Shown: one piece after another, positions 1 to 8,844 of the stretch
Layout of the letters: every line of letters begins with the position of its first letter
How positions within the stretch are numbered: position 1 is the stretch's first letter
From: Candidatus Kapaibacterium sp.
Lineage (GTDB): Bacteria; Bacteroidota; Ignavibacteria; Kapaibacteriales; UBA2268
NCBI GenBank assembly: GCA_963665665.1
Contig: OY762428.1
Coordinates: forward strand, 5,184,001-5,248,000
Reading direction: 5' to 3'
DNA length: 64,000 nt
Program-made: the position numbers and the translations under genes
The notes under the pieces: generated by a model
The model's database searches: none
The model's input: the letters and a program-made list of their open reading frames with translations, nothing else
Told to the model about the DNA's origin: nothing

Positions 1-344
1 TTATGAACATATTTGAATCCCAGGCGCCGCAGAGCAGAGGGGAGCCTTGCCGCCTGCCATTTCTCGAAGTTTGCCATATAGGACGGTGCAACAATTGCCA
101 CCGGAAGAGGTGATTTATCAGATATTATTTTGGACAAATAAATATCATTCCTGTATTTCTTTGCGCCCTGCGGACATTCCCTGATACAAGTACCACAGGA
201 AATGCATCGCTCCGGAACTATCAGTGCCTGATTAATATCCATCCTGATAGCCTTAACGGGGCATACCCTGATACACCTGTAGCAATCCCTGCATTCAGCA
301 TTATCCGTATAAACTATTTTTGCCCTGCCTTCATTTTTTTCCAT
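1..344 (-). CDS. [FeFe]-hydrogenase-like protein, probable sensory/group C (HydS/HfsB-like); N-terminal part only, runs off the window edge
   Basis: Not in the ORF track; translated by hand from ATG at 344 (AGGAG upstream): MEKNEGRAKIVYTDNAECRDCYRCIRVCPVKAI...CISCGTCIRECPQGAK...VAIVAPSY...LRRLGF. Two CxxCxxCxxxCP ferredoxin motifs precede the APS and LRRLGF elements of the H-cluster domain start. Confidence 0.75.
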   Translation of the reverse strand, partial: MEKNEGRAKIVYTDNAECRDCYRCIRVCPVKAIRMDINQALIVPERCISCGTCIRECPQGAKKYRNDIYLSKIISDKSPLPVAIVAPSYMANFEKWQAARLPSALRRLGFKYVH

Positions 345-407
345 TCTAAGTCTCCTGTTCCGAGGCAATTTTCTTTTAGTGTCATGTTTTTTTGTGATAT
401 AAAGTAT

Positions 408-498
408 TGTCATTCTGAGCGCCAGCGAAGAATCCATTCTTCAATAATTCTTTAAGAAAAAGATGGATTCTTCAGTCGCAGGCTCCTTCAGAATGATA
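408..498. repeat. REP-like composite inverted-repeat element
   Basis: TGTCATTCTGAGCGCCAGCGAAGAATCCAT...ATGGATTCTTCAGTCGCAGGCTCCTTCAGAATGATA. Outer arms TCATTCTGA/TCAGAATGA and inner arms GAAGAATCCAT/ATGGATTCTTC flank an AT-rich spacer. Confidence 0.65.
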
Positions 499-588
499 TT
501 TTCAGGTTTTTTCTTCAAAATATTAAACCATCTGAGTGGTTACGATTAATTCATCCTGAAATTTTTTATTTCCAAATAACTTTTCAGC

Positions 589-619
589 AACCTTCCGAAG
601 GGATCAGCTTCGGAAGGTT
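589..619 (-). terminator. Hairpin after hydA (terminator or mRNA-stabilising stem)
   Basis: AACCTTCCGAAG-GGATCAG-CTTCGGAAGGTT, a perfect 12-bp stem just past the hydA stop; U-tract is weak. Confidence 0.55.
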
Positions 620-633
620 ATATAAATATAATT

Positions 634-2637
634 CTATGCCAATGCAAGTTCAGATTCTAAAAGCACGATGATCTTCTTCAGCGTTGCATTCGGAACGAGC
701 TTGCCGTTGAAAGTAGCGTTAGGGGCCTGCTCGCAATTTTCCATACAGAAGCCTGCTTTAACGCTAACCATTTCACTGAGTCCGTGTTTATCCACGTAGT
801 CAAGGAGTTGGCGCAGAAGCTGCTGAGAGCCTTTCACGAAGCAATTAGTTCCCACGCATACAGATATTTCTACTTTTGGAGATTCTGTACCAAGAATTGA
901 TATGCTTTGTCCGCTGATCCTTTTCCTGTTATAATATTTAGTATGTAGGATTTCATGCGGATCAATAGCGTTTTTACCATTAAATGTTTTGGCATACAGC
1001 TGTTTAATAAACGGATTTTCCTGAGGTTTGTGCAGTTGCAGCATCTTGTCGGCCTCGTAAAGAGCAGCCTTTCGTGAATCCCTTGTATCTGTATTCATGC
1101 ATACAGGCTGGCCTGCTCCGCCGATACAACCGCCCGGGCAGGACATAACTTCGATCATATCAAGTTTTCTTCTGCCTTCTTTTACATCGTCCATTACCCG
1201 CGATGCGTTTTTCAGGCCCTGAACGATAGCCATTTTTATTTCATTTCCGCCCAGTTTGATTGATATTTCACGAATACCTTCTTTGCCGCGTACTTCATGG
1301 AAATCTGCATTTTCCAGTTTAACTCCGTTGGTTTTTTCGTATGCATATCTCAGAACAGCTTCGCTAACTCCGCCGGAATTTCCGAAAATAACGCCCGCGC
1401 CTGTTTTAAACCCAAAAGGCATGTCAAGCGATTCCGGAGAGAGTTTGTTGAAGTTCACCCCTGCTTCGTTCATCATGGAAACAAGTTCCTGAGTTGTTAT
1501 CACGTGGTCAACTTCGGGGATTCCATCGGTATAGAATTCCGGCCTTTTTGCTTCGGATTTCTTGGCTGTGCATGGCATAACAGATACGATAACAATGTTT
1601 TTTGTCTCGACTCCGTATTCTTTCGGGAGAACTTTCTTTGCCAGGGATCCGAACATCTGCTGTGGTGAGCGGCAGCTTGAAATATTGTTCAGGAACTCGG
1701 GATAGAACTGTTCTGCATATTTTACCCAGGAAGGGCAGCAGGAGGTTAGTAGTGGGAGGTTCTCGTTATTCCTCTTTCTTTCAATAAATTCGTTTGCTTC
1801 TTCAATAACCGTCAGGTCGGCGGTGAATGAAGTATCGAAAACCTTGTCGAAGCCGAGCGCTTTCAGGGCAGCAACAGTTTGTCCGGTAAGAACCGATCCG
1901 GGTTTTCTTCCAAAAGCTTCACCAATAGCAACTCTGACAGCAGGAGCAATCTGAGCTATTACCATCTTCTCGGGGTTGAAAATATCTTTCCATACCTGAT
2001 CAGTTTCCGATTTCGGCATTATTGCACCTGTGGGGCAAACCCTGGCACACTGGCCGCAATCCACGCAGTTTACTTCAGATAAATTTTTATTGAATGCCGG
2101 CTGTACTTTTACGGAAGCCCCCCTGTTAATAAAATCAATTGCTCCTATACCTTGAATTTCCTCGCATGCACGAACGCAGTCTCCGCAAAGTATGCACTTG
2201 TTAGGATCCCTAACCAGGGCATCAGAGGATGTATCGATAGGTAGTTCGTTATCTGATTTTTTATACCGGATTTTTTTAACGCCGAGCCTGTGAGCAAGTT
2301 CCTGCAATTTGCAATTTGTATTCTTACCGCAGGTAGGGCAGTTATGATTGTAACTTGCAAGAAGCAATTCAATATTAATTTTCCGGATTTTCCTTATCTC
2401 TTCAGTATTTGTTTTTACAACCATTCCTTCTTCCGGAGGAATAGAGCAGGAAGCCTGAATACCGCGTCCTTCAATATCGACTATGCAAAGCCTGCATGCT
2501 CCGTAAATACTCAGCTCCGAGTGGTAGCAGAATGTAGGTATTTCAATATTTGTTTTCCTGATCACTTCAAGCAGGTTTCTTTCGTTATCGAAAAAAACTC
2601 TTTTACCGTCTATTGTTATCTGTTTTCTGTTTTCCAT
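634..2637 (-). CDS. hydA: [FeFe]-hydrogenase catalytic subunit, group A3 (electron-bifurcating), with C-terminal thioredoxin-like [2Fe-2S] domain
   Basis: H-cluster motifs TSCCPSW, MPCTAKKSE and EVMSCPGGCIGGAGQP; N-terminal 2Fe-2S and 4Fe-4S motifs; C-terminal CVGTNC...FCMENC. Confidence 0.95.
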   Translation of the reverse strand: MENRKQITIDGKRVFFDNERNLLEVIRKTNIEIPTFCYHSELSIYGACRLCIVDIEGRGIQASCSIPPEEGMVVKTNTEEIRKIRKINIELLLASYNHNCPTCGKNTNCKLQELAHRLGVKKIRYKKSDNELPIDTSSDALVRDPNKCILCGDCVRACEEIQGIGAIDFINRGASVKVQPAFNKNLSEVNCVDCGQCARVCPTGAIMPKSETDQVWKDIFNPEKMVIAQIAPAVRVAIGEAFGRKPGSVLTGQTVAALKALGFDKVFDTSFTADLTVIEEANEFIERKRNNENLPLLTSCCPSWVKYAEQFYPEFLNNISSCRSPQQMFGSLAKKVLPKEYGVETKNIVIVSVMPCTAKKSEAKRPEFYTDGIPEVDHVITTQELVSMMNEAGVNFNKLSPESLDMPFGFKTGAGVIFGNSGGVSEAVLRYAYEKTNGVKLENADFHEVRGKEGIREISIKLGGNEIKMAIVQGLKNASRVMDDVKEGRRKLDMIEVMSCPGGCIGGAGQPVCMNTDTRDSRKAALYEADKMLQLHKPQENPFIKQLYAKTFNGKNAIDPHEILHTKYYNRKRISGQSISILGTESPKVEISVCVGTNCFVKGSQQLLRQLLDYVDKHGLSEMVSVKAGFCMENCEQAPNATFNGKLVPNATLKKIIVLLESELALA

Positions 2638-2639
2638 CT

Positions 2640-4550
2640 TTACACCCCGATTATTGCGTTCAATTTACATACTTCCTTACATGCACCGCATTTTATACAT
2701 TTGGTTTCGTCAATAACGTGCGCTTCTTTTCTGTTTCCGCTGATAGCCCCGACAGGACATGCCTTTATACAAAGGCCGCATCCCTTACAGGCATCAGCGT
2801 CTATTTGTGGCGACAGCAGAGCCGTGCATTTTTTTGCAGGACAGGTCTTTTGCAGAACGTGGGCATCATATTCCTGCCTGAAATATTTCAGGGTTGATAA
2901 TACCGGGTTCGGGGCAGTTTTGCCCAGGCCGCATAGCGATGCTTTTTTTACAGCAAGTGAAAGTTCTGTAAGCAGGTCAAGAGTCTCAGCGGTTGCCGAT
3001 CCGTCTGTAATATCGTTCAGTATATTAAGTATTTGTTTTGTGCCCTCGCGGCATGGCACACATTTACCGCAGGATTCGTTCTGGGTAAATTCCATGAAGA
3101 ATTTTGCCACGCTTACCATGCAGGTGTTTTTGTTCATTACCACAAGCCCTCCGGAGCCAACCATAGCACCAACCGACTGAAGTGAATCAAAATCAAGAGG
3201 CAGGTCGAGATGTTCTTCTGTAAGGCAACCGCCCGAGGGGCCTCCGATCTGTACGGCTTTGAATCCTTCGCCTGTAATTTTACCTCTGTCGTCAGTAACA
3301 CCGCCGCCGATATTATAAATAATTTCCCTCAAAGTTGTACCGAAGGGTACTTCAATCAATCCGGTATTAAGAACATGCCCGGTAAGTGCAAAAGTTTTTG
3401 TACCCGGGGAATTTATTGTTCCGGTTTTCCTGTAATCCAAAGCTCCGTTGCGGATTATCAACGGAATGGATGCCAGGGTTTCCACATTGTTTATCACAGT
3501 TGGTTTTCCGAAAAGACCGGACTGAGCAGGGAAGGGTGGTTTGGGGCGTGGCATTCCTCGTTTGCCTTCCACCGAGGCAATAAGTGCTGTTTCCTCGCCG
3601 CATACAAACGCTCCGGCACCTTCCATAACGTCGATAGTGAAGTTCATTCCCGAGCCGAAAATATTTTCGCCGAGTATTCCCATATTCATAGCGTCTTTTA
3701 CAGCCTGGCGAATTCTTCTTACTGCAAAGGGATATTCAGTACGGACATAAACAACGCCCTCGTCGGCGCCTATAGCACGGGCAGCAATTATCATTCCTTC
3801 GATAACAGAATGAGGATTGCCTTCCATAACACTCCTGTCCATGAAAGCTCCGGGATCGCCTTCGTCGCCGTTGCAGATAACGTATTTCTTTTCGCTTTCC
3901 CTGACTCTTGTCAGTTCCCATTTTTTTCCTGTTGGAAAACCGCCGCCCCCGCGTCCCCTGAGTCCGGCATGAGTTACTTCTTCACATACTTCCTCGGGCT
4001 TCATGTATTTCACGGCTTTTTTTGCTGCTGCATAACCACCTCCGGCTATATACTCCTCGATATGCCCGGGGTTGATGTAACCGCAGTCTTTGAGCACAGT
4101 TCTCTTCTGAAGGCGGTAAAAATCAATTTCTGATGAACTGACGCATTTTTTCTTGTTAACGGGGTTGGTATAAACAAGGCGTTCAATTACTTCATGGCCG
4201 ATAATTGTTTTATTAATAATATCATCAGCGTCCGAAGGTTTTACTTTCAGGTAATGTATATCGTCCGGTTCGATAGTTACCAGCGGGCCCATCTGGCAAA
4301 ATCCCTGGCATCCGCTTTCCGATAAATATATATTGCTGCTGTCCTTTTCACATTTTTCGAAACGAATATCAACAATAAGATTAATTCCCGCTTTTTCAGC
4401 GCTTTCCTTCAGTGCTTCAAATACTTTCATGGAACCATTAGCAACACATCCGGTTCCTGCGCAAACAACAATCCTTTTCTGAAGCTTTGCGGATTTCTCT
4501 TTGTATTCTATAGAGATTTTATTCAGATCAATTAATTTTTCCATCTTCAT
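2640..4550 (-). CDS. hydB: Bifurcating hydrogenase NADH/FMN-binding subunit (NuoF-like)
   Basis: GLRGRGGGGFPTG, CNGDEGDPGAFMD, GAGAFVCGEETAL, GGPSGG, ESCGKCVPCREG, and two C-terminal 4Fe-4S motifs. Confidence 0.93.
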   Translation of the reverse strand: MKMEKLIDLNKISIEYKEKSAKLQKRIVVCAGTGCVANGSMKVFEALKESAEKAGINLIVDIRFEKCEKDSSNIYLSESGCQGFCQMGPLVTIEPDDIHYLKVKPSDADDIINKTIIGHEVIERLVYTNPVNKKKCVSSSEIDFYRLQKRTVLKDCGYINPGHIEEYIAGGGYAAAKKAVKYMKPEEVCEEVTHAGLRGRGGGGFPTGKKWELTRVRESEKKYVICNGDEGDPGAFMDRSVMEGNPHSVIEGMIIAARAIGADEGVVYVRTEYPFAVRRIRQAVKDAMNMGILGENIFGSGMNFTIDVMEGAGAFVCGEETALIASVEGKRGMPRPKPPFPAQSGLFGKPTVINNVETLASIPLIIRNGALDYRKTGTINSPGTKTFALTGHVLNTGLIEVPFGTTLREIIYNIGGGVTDDRGKITGEGFKAVQIGGPSGGCLTEEHLDLPLDFDSLQSVGAMVGSGGLVVMNKNTCMVSVAKFFMEFTQNESCGKCVPCREGTKQILNILNDITDGSATAETLDLLTELSLAVKKASLCGLGKTAPNPVLSTLKYFRQEYDAHVLQKTCPAKKCTALLSPQIDADACKGCGLCIKACPVGAISGNRKEAHVIDETKCIKCGACKEVCKLNAIIGV

Positions 4551-5046
4551 CTTCCCTTGCCTTAATTTTCTTAATCACTTTTTCCATCTTCTGAGCAGTC
4601 ATCATCGGGTAAACTTCTTCATTTACAACAACTACCGGGGCTAATCCGCAGGCACCGAGGCATGAAACTGTTTCGAGTGTGAACAGCATATCGTCGGTTG
4701 TGTTCTTTTCTTCCGTTAGCGAGAGAGCTTTCCTGCACGATTCGATTATCCTGCCTGAGCCTTTCACGTGGCAGGCTGTGCCGTTGCAAACTTTTATCAC
4801 ATATTTGCCTTTGGGTTCAAGTGCAAAGTGTGAATAAAATGTTGCCACGCCATAAACTCTTGCCGGCGAGATTTTGAGTGAAGTAGCAATAAATGAAAGT
4901 ATCTCTTCCGGCAGGTAACGGTATTCTTCCTGGACCTGCTGGAGTATTGCAATCAGTCTGTTTTCTTTGTTTTTGTTCTCTTCAAGAATTTCGCAGACTT
5001 TCTCGAATTTCCTTACCATCTGTGATGAATTTTGCATCGTTGTCAT
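4528..5046 (-). CDS. hydC: Bifurcating hydrogenase [2Fe-2S] subunit (NuoE-like)
   Basis: VATFY, VCNGTACHVKG and VSCLGACGLAP motifs; overlaps the hydB start. Confidence 0.92.
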   Translation of the reverse strand: MTTMQNSSQMVRKFEKVCEILEENKNKENRLIAILQQVQEEYRYLPEEILSFIATSLKISPARVYGVATFYSHFALEPKGKYVIKVCNGTACHVKGSGRIIESCRKALSLTEEKNTTDDMLFTLETVSCLGACGLAPVVVVNEEVYPMMTAQKMEKVIKKIKAREDEDGKIN

Positions 5047-5071
5047 ATCTTCTCCAAATTGTTTGTATCAT

Positions 5072-5719
5072 TTATTCATCAGTATTCGTTAAAATCGATA
5101 ATTTTCTTGTTAGTACGGCGAGGCTTTGCGAAAACTGTGCATGTTCCACGACTGCTGTTTCGGGAACTCTTACCCTGTGGGGGGCGAAATTCCATATAGC
5201 TATTACCCCGCCATCAAGCATGGCATCAACAACTGCCTGTGCAACAGTATTCGGAACTGCTACAACGCCGATCTTTATATCATATTTTCTTGCTATCCTG
5301 GCAATGTTTTTTACATCATGAACCTCAACTCCATTGATTTTAGTGCCAATTTTTGATTTATCATTATCAAAAGCAGCTTCGAAATGGAAGCCGTATCGCT
5401 CAAAAAATTTATATCCAAGCATAGCGCTGCCAAGATTACCAACGCCGGCAATAAGTGCACTTTTGTAATCGTTCCAGTGAAGACAATCCTTAATGGCATC
5501 AATCAGGTCATCAAGGTCGTATCCGGTTTTCGGCTTTCCGACAATGCCGGTGTATTGAATATCTTTTCTGATCTGGATAGGGTCAAGAAGCAAATCATCG
5601 GACATTTTAGTACTTGATATGCTAACTTCGCCTTCGTCCTGCATAACGCTCAGATAGTGCATATAATGAGAAAGCCTTTTCAATGTTATGTCCGGTATTA
5701 TGATATTTTTTTTCTTCAT
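5072..5719 (-). CDS. rex: Redox-sensing transcriptional repressor Rex
   Basis: N-terminal wHTH (TLKRLSHY...QIRKDI...GKPKTGY), Rossmann motif GVGNLG, and AIWNFAP. Confidence 0.93.
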   Translation of the reverse strand: MKKKNIIIPDITLKRLSHYMHYLSVMQDEGEVSISSTKMSDDLLLDPIQIRKDIQYTGIVGKPKTGYDLDDLIDAIKDCLHWNDYKSALIAGVGNLGSAMLGYKFFERYGFHFEAAFDNDKSKIGTKINGVEVHDVKNIARIARKYDIKIGVVAVPNTVAQAVVDAMLDGGVIAIWNFAPHRVRVPETAVVEHAQFSQSLAVLTRKLSILTNTDE

Positions 5720-5848
5720 TACAATATCCAGTTGCTTATTAAGTAATTTTTTATCGATATATTTTTATCGGTAAAAATTTATCGATTGCAAAATAGCATT
5801 TTCTGATAACATGTCAAGCATTTTTTTTTAAAATCTAAAAAATTGTTT

Positions 5849-5862
5849 GTTTCCATGGAAAC
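5849..5862. promoter_or_regulatory. Probable MarR operator (perfect 14-bp palindrome)
   Basis: GTTTCCATGGAAAC lies 24 bp upstream of the marR start, inside its promoter region. Confidence 0.6.
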
Positions 5863-5873
5863 TATTGTTTTTG

Positions 5874-5881
5874 TATATTTG
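5874..5881 (+). promoter_or_regulatory. Bacteroidota-type -7 promoter box (TAnnTTTG) for marR
   Basis: TATATTTG ends 5 nt before ATG 5887. Confidence 0.5.
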
Positions 5882-5886
5882 TATTT

Positions 5887-6351
5887 ATGGAAAGAATCAA
5901 AGGTGATATGGATACTGAAATTTCAGGGATAGTACTCGGTAAACTGATGAGTATAAGCGGAATTCTACAGCGTGAGGGCAACAGGCTTTTGCTGCCTTAC
6001 CAATTAAATCAGCAACAGTTTTCGATACTGTTTGAAATCGCTAAGGCAGGGGAAGTAATGCAGAAGAATATGATAAACCGCCTGGCGCTGGAAAAAGCCC
6101 ATGTTTCAAAAGTTGTAAAAAAGCTGAAAGTGATGGGGCTTATCGAAATAATCCCATTGCCGGACGATAAACGCTCGGCATTCCTAAAAACCACGTCAAA
6201 GGGTCGGGCGCTGGTAGAAGATTGCCGGTCTGTTTTCAGGGAATGGAACAGGGAATGGTTTGATGAATTCAGCGACGAAGAAATAAATAATATTCTTGAT
6301 AGTGTGGAACTTCTGCAAAAAGTATTCAATAAGAAATATGCGAGAAAATGA
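5887..6351 (+). CDS. MarR-family transcriptional regulator
   Basis: LNQQQFSILFEI, wHTH (VSKVVKKLKVMGLI) and the DDKRS...TSKG wing motif. Confidence 0.9.
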   Translation: MERIKGDMDTEISGIVLGKLMSISGILQREGNRLLLPYQLNQQQFSILFEIAKAGEVMQKNMINRLALEKAHVSKVVKKLKVMGLIEIIPLPDDKRSAFLKTTSKGRALVEDCRSVFREWNREWFDEFSDEEINNILDSVELLQKVFNKKYARK

Positions 6352-6368
6352 GACGATAGAATTATTAA

Positions 6369-7190
6369 ATGATGAAAGGCATGGAAAAAATGAAGATAGA
6401 AACTTTGAAAATAGTATATTTTTCGCCGACGGGGACCTCAAAAACAATTGCCGAAGAAATAGCTAAAGGAATTGATGCTGAAAGGATAGAAAAAATCAAT
6501 ATTACTAAACCTGAAGCAAGAAAGATTCCCTTGAATGTCTTAAAGAATGACCTGCTGGTTTTTGTCGTTCCTGTTTATGTCGGCAGAGTTCCCGCTTTGC
6601 TGAGTGAATACTTTCAGGCAATAAATGCTGATAAGACACCTGCCGTTTGCGTTGTTGTTTACGGAAACAGGGAATACGACAACGCCCTTCTTGAGCTTAA
6701 GGATATTCTAAAAAATCGTGGTTGTCTGCCGATAGCAGGGGCAGCTTTTATTGGCGAGCACTCTTTTTCATCAGACGATACCCCGATAGCACCCGGCAGG
6801 CCGGATATTCCTGATATGGAACTGGCGCGGGAATTCGGGAAAAGAATATCTGAAAAACTGAAAATTGTTCCGAATGTAAACGAAATTCAGGAATTAAAGA
6901 TACGTGGCGATTATCCTTACGGTGGGATAAACGAACTATGGGATGTTAATTTTATTGAAGTAAGCCCTGATTGTACTGATTGCGGGATTTGCTCTGATGT
7001 TTGCCCGACGGGTGCTGTTAATCCTGAAAACGGCAGAATCGTTAATATTAAAAAATGCATCACCTGTTGTAACTGTATAAAAACCTGTCCGGAGAATGCA
7101 AGAAAGATAAAACCCGGGCAGGTAATGGATGTCGCCATACGGTTGAGCGCTAATTGCCAGGCCAGGAGAGAGCCGGAATTGTTTTTTTAG
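6369..7190 (+). CDS. Flavodoxin-fold + 2x[4Fe-4S] ferredoxin (EFR1-type)
   Basis: YFSPTGTS, VVVYGNREYDNAL and FIGEHS; C-terminal CTDCGICSDVCP and CITCCNCIKTCP. Confidence 0.85.
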   Translation: MMKGMEKMKIETLKIVYFSPTGTSKTIAEEIAKGIDAERIEKINITKPEARKIPLNVLKNDLLVFVVPVYVGRVPALLSEYFQAINADKTPAVCVVVYGNREYDNALLELKDILKNRGCLPIAGAAFIGEHSFSSDDTPIAPGRPDIPDMELAREFGKRISEKLKIVPNVNEIQELKIRGDYPYGGINELWDVNFIEVSPDCTDCGICSDVCPTGAVNPENGRIVNIKKCITCCNCIKTCPENARKIKPGQVMDVAIRLSANCQARREPELFF

Positions 7191-7390
7191 GTAAGGATTT
7201 ATTTAGTATAAATCCTTTTTATTAATTGTAGAGTTAATGTATTAATCTGGAGAGTTTATTGGGCTGAAATTATTATTATCTTTAATAATATGTTTTTATC
7301 TGAGAATTGTCTGAAAAACAGTAGATTTATGTAATATACAATTATTATATTCGTTTTTGATTCTGAACGTTTAAAAAATAAAAAATTTCA

Positions 7391-7696
7391 ATGAATTTGA
7401 ACAGCTCCCAAATAATTAAAAAGGTAGAAGAATTTTCAGAAAAAATTCGACTTAACGGAGTTGAAAAACTTGGATTATTCGGATCTTATGCCAGGGATGA
7501 GGCAGATTACGAAAGCGATATCGACTTTATTGTTCAATTTGTTTCAGGTCAAAAATCTTATAAAAACCTGTCTGATTTATATTTCCTTCTTGAGGATTTA
7601 TTCGGAAAAAGGATTGAAATTGTAACGCCTGAAGGCATTAAACCATTGTTTTTTGAGAATATAAAAAATGATATAATTTATGCCAAGATCAATTAA
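7391..7696 (+). CDS. Minimal nucleotidyltransferase (MNT/MntA-type antitoxin)
   Basis: LFGSYARDEADYESDIDF (GS-x10-DxD), 101 aa, overlapping a DUF86 gene. Confidence 0.9.
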   Translation: MNLNSSQIIKKVEEFSEKIRLNGVEKLGLFGSYARDEADYESDIDFIVQFVSGQKSYKNLSDLYFLLEDLFGKRIEIVTPEGIKPLFFENIKNDIIYAKIN

Positions 7697-8015
7697 ACTA
7701 CTTATTGAAGATATCCTGGAGGAAATTTTTTTTCTTGAGAGAAATTCAAATATCAACGAAATAGAATTTTTGGATAATGAATTGCTCCAAAGAGCATTTG
7801 TAAGAAGTTTGGAGGTTATCGGGGAGGCTACAAAGAAAATTCCGATTTCAATTAAGGAACAATATCCGAAAATTCAATGGAGAGAAATGGCCGGAATAAG
7901 AGATATATTGATAAATGATTATTCAGGAATAGATTACTCTATTGTCTGGAATGTAGTAGAGGAATATATTCCGCTTTTGAAAGAAAAATTAACAAAAATT
8001 GAGATTGATGAGTAA
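7680..8015 (+). CDS. HEPN/DUF86 (HepT-type) toxin with catalytic His replaced by Asn
   Basis: AFVRSLEVIGEATKKI and PKIQWREMAGIRDILINDYSGID; R-x4-H reads R-x4-N. Confidence 0.85.
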   Translation: MPRSIKLLIEDILEEIFFLERNSNINEIEFLDNELLQRAFVRSLEVIGEATKKIPISIKEQYPKIQWREMAGIRDILINDYSGIDYSIVWNVVEEYIPLLKEKLTKIEIDE

Positions 8016-8066
8016 AAGATCAGAAATAATTTATTTAACTAAAATCCTTCAAAAATAATAATCCAA

Positions 8067-8819
8067 ATGAACGATAACAGATATTTACGGTTTATTTCCG
8101 GAATTGGAAAAGAGAAATTCAGCCAACAGGGAAATTCAGGCAAATGTCCATTTTGCCGGCCGGAAGAAAATTCCGAAATAATTGACAGAGATGGGCCTAT
8201 CGTGCTTGTTAAGAATAAATACGCCACTCTGGCCGACAGCTTCCAGACTGTTCTTATTGAAACTGATGACTGCAAAGCTGATATCAGATCATACAATACA
8301 GAATATCTTCGGAGAATTATAACTTTTGGTATTGATCACTGGCAAAAATTTGAGAATTCAGGAGATTTTAGGTCAGTTGTATTTTATAAAAATCACGGGC
8401 CGTTATCCGGCGGAACTATCGAGCATGCCCACATGCAAATTGTAGGGCTGGAAAAGATTGATTACAGGGCGAATCTACGGGACGAATTCTTTACAGGTAT
8501 AGAAATACTTAAGAATGAAAACAGCCTTGTAAACCTATCATGCAGTCCATTGAGTTCGGCTATTGAATTTAATATTATTGCCATGCAGCGAGACGATCAT
8601 TTTATGGCTGAATGCATTAAAATATTAGTTGAATATATTATGACTTATACTGAAAGCTATAATTTATTTTTTTACGATCGGAAAGGTTCGATAATATGTA
8701 AAATTGTTCCCCGATGGGTCTCGTCTCCGTATTTTATCGGTTATTTCCTGCCGCAGATTACCGACGGATTAACTGGTATTGCCCGGCAGGCAAAAAAGTT
8801 TTTTGATGCAAAAATATAA
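8067..8819 (+). CDS. DUF4931 family, GalT/HIT-like nucleotide-transfer fold
   Basis: CPFC, VKNKY and FYKNHGPLSGGTIEHAHMQIVG (HxHxQ). Confidence 0.75.
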   Translation: MNDNRYLRFISGIGKEKFSQQGNSGKCPFCRPEENSEIIDRDGPIVLVKNKYATLADSFQTVLIETDDCKADIRSYNTEYLRRIITFGIDHWQKFENSGDFRSVVFYKNHGPLSGGTIEHAHMQIVGLEKIDYRANLRDEFFTGIEILKNENSLVNLSCSPLSSAIEFNIIAMQRDDHFMAECIKILVEYIMTYTESYNLFFYDRKGSIICKIVPRWVSSPYFIGYFLPQITDGLTGIARQAKKFFDAKI

Positions 8820-8844
8820 TTTCAGGCTTTCGGAAAAACTGTTA

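Noticed and set aside
2290-4133. Long plus-strand ORFs (296 and 307 aa) over hydA/hydB
   Set aside because: Antisense shadow frames of well-supported genes; the same applies to the other short overlapping ORFs in the track.
5720-5886. Canonical Rex operator
   Set aside because: No TTGTGAA-N4-TTCACAA-like site found; TTGCTTATTAAGTAA is only a weak palindrome of the wrong length.
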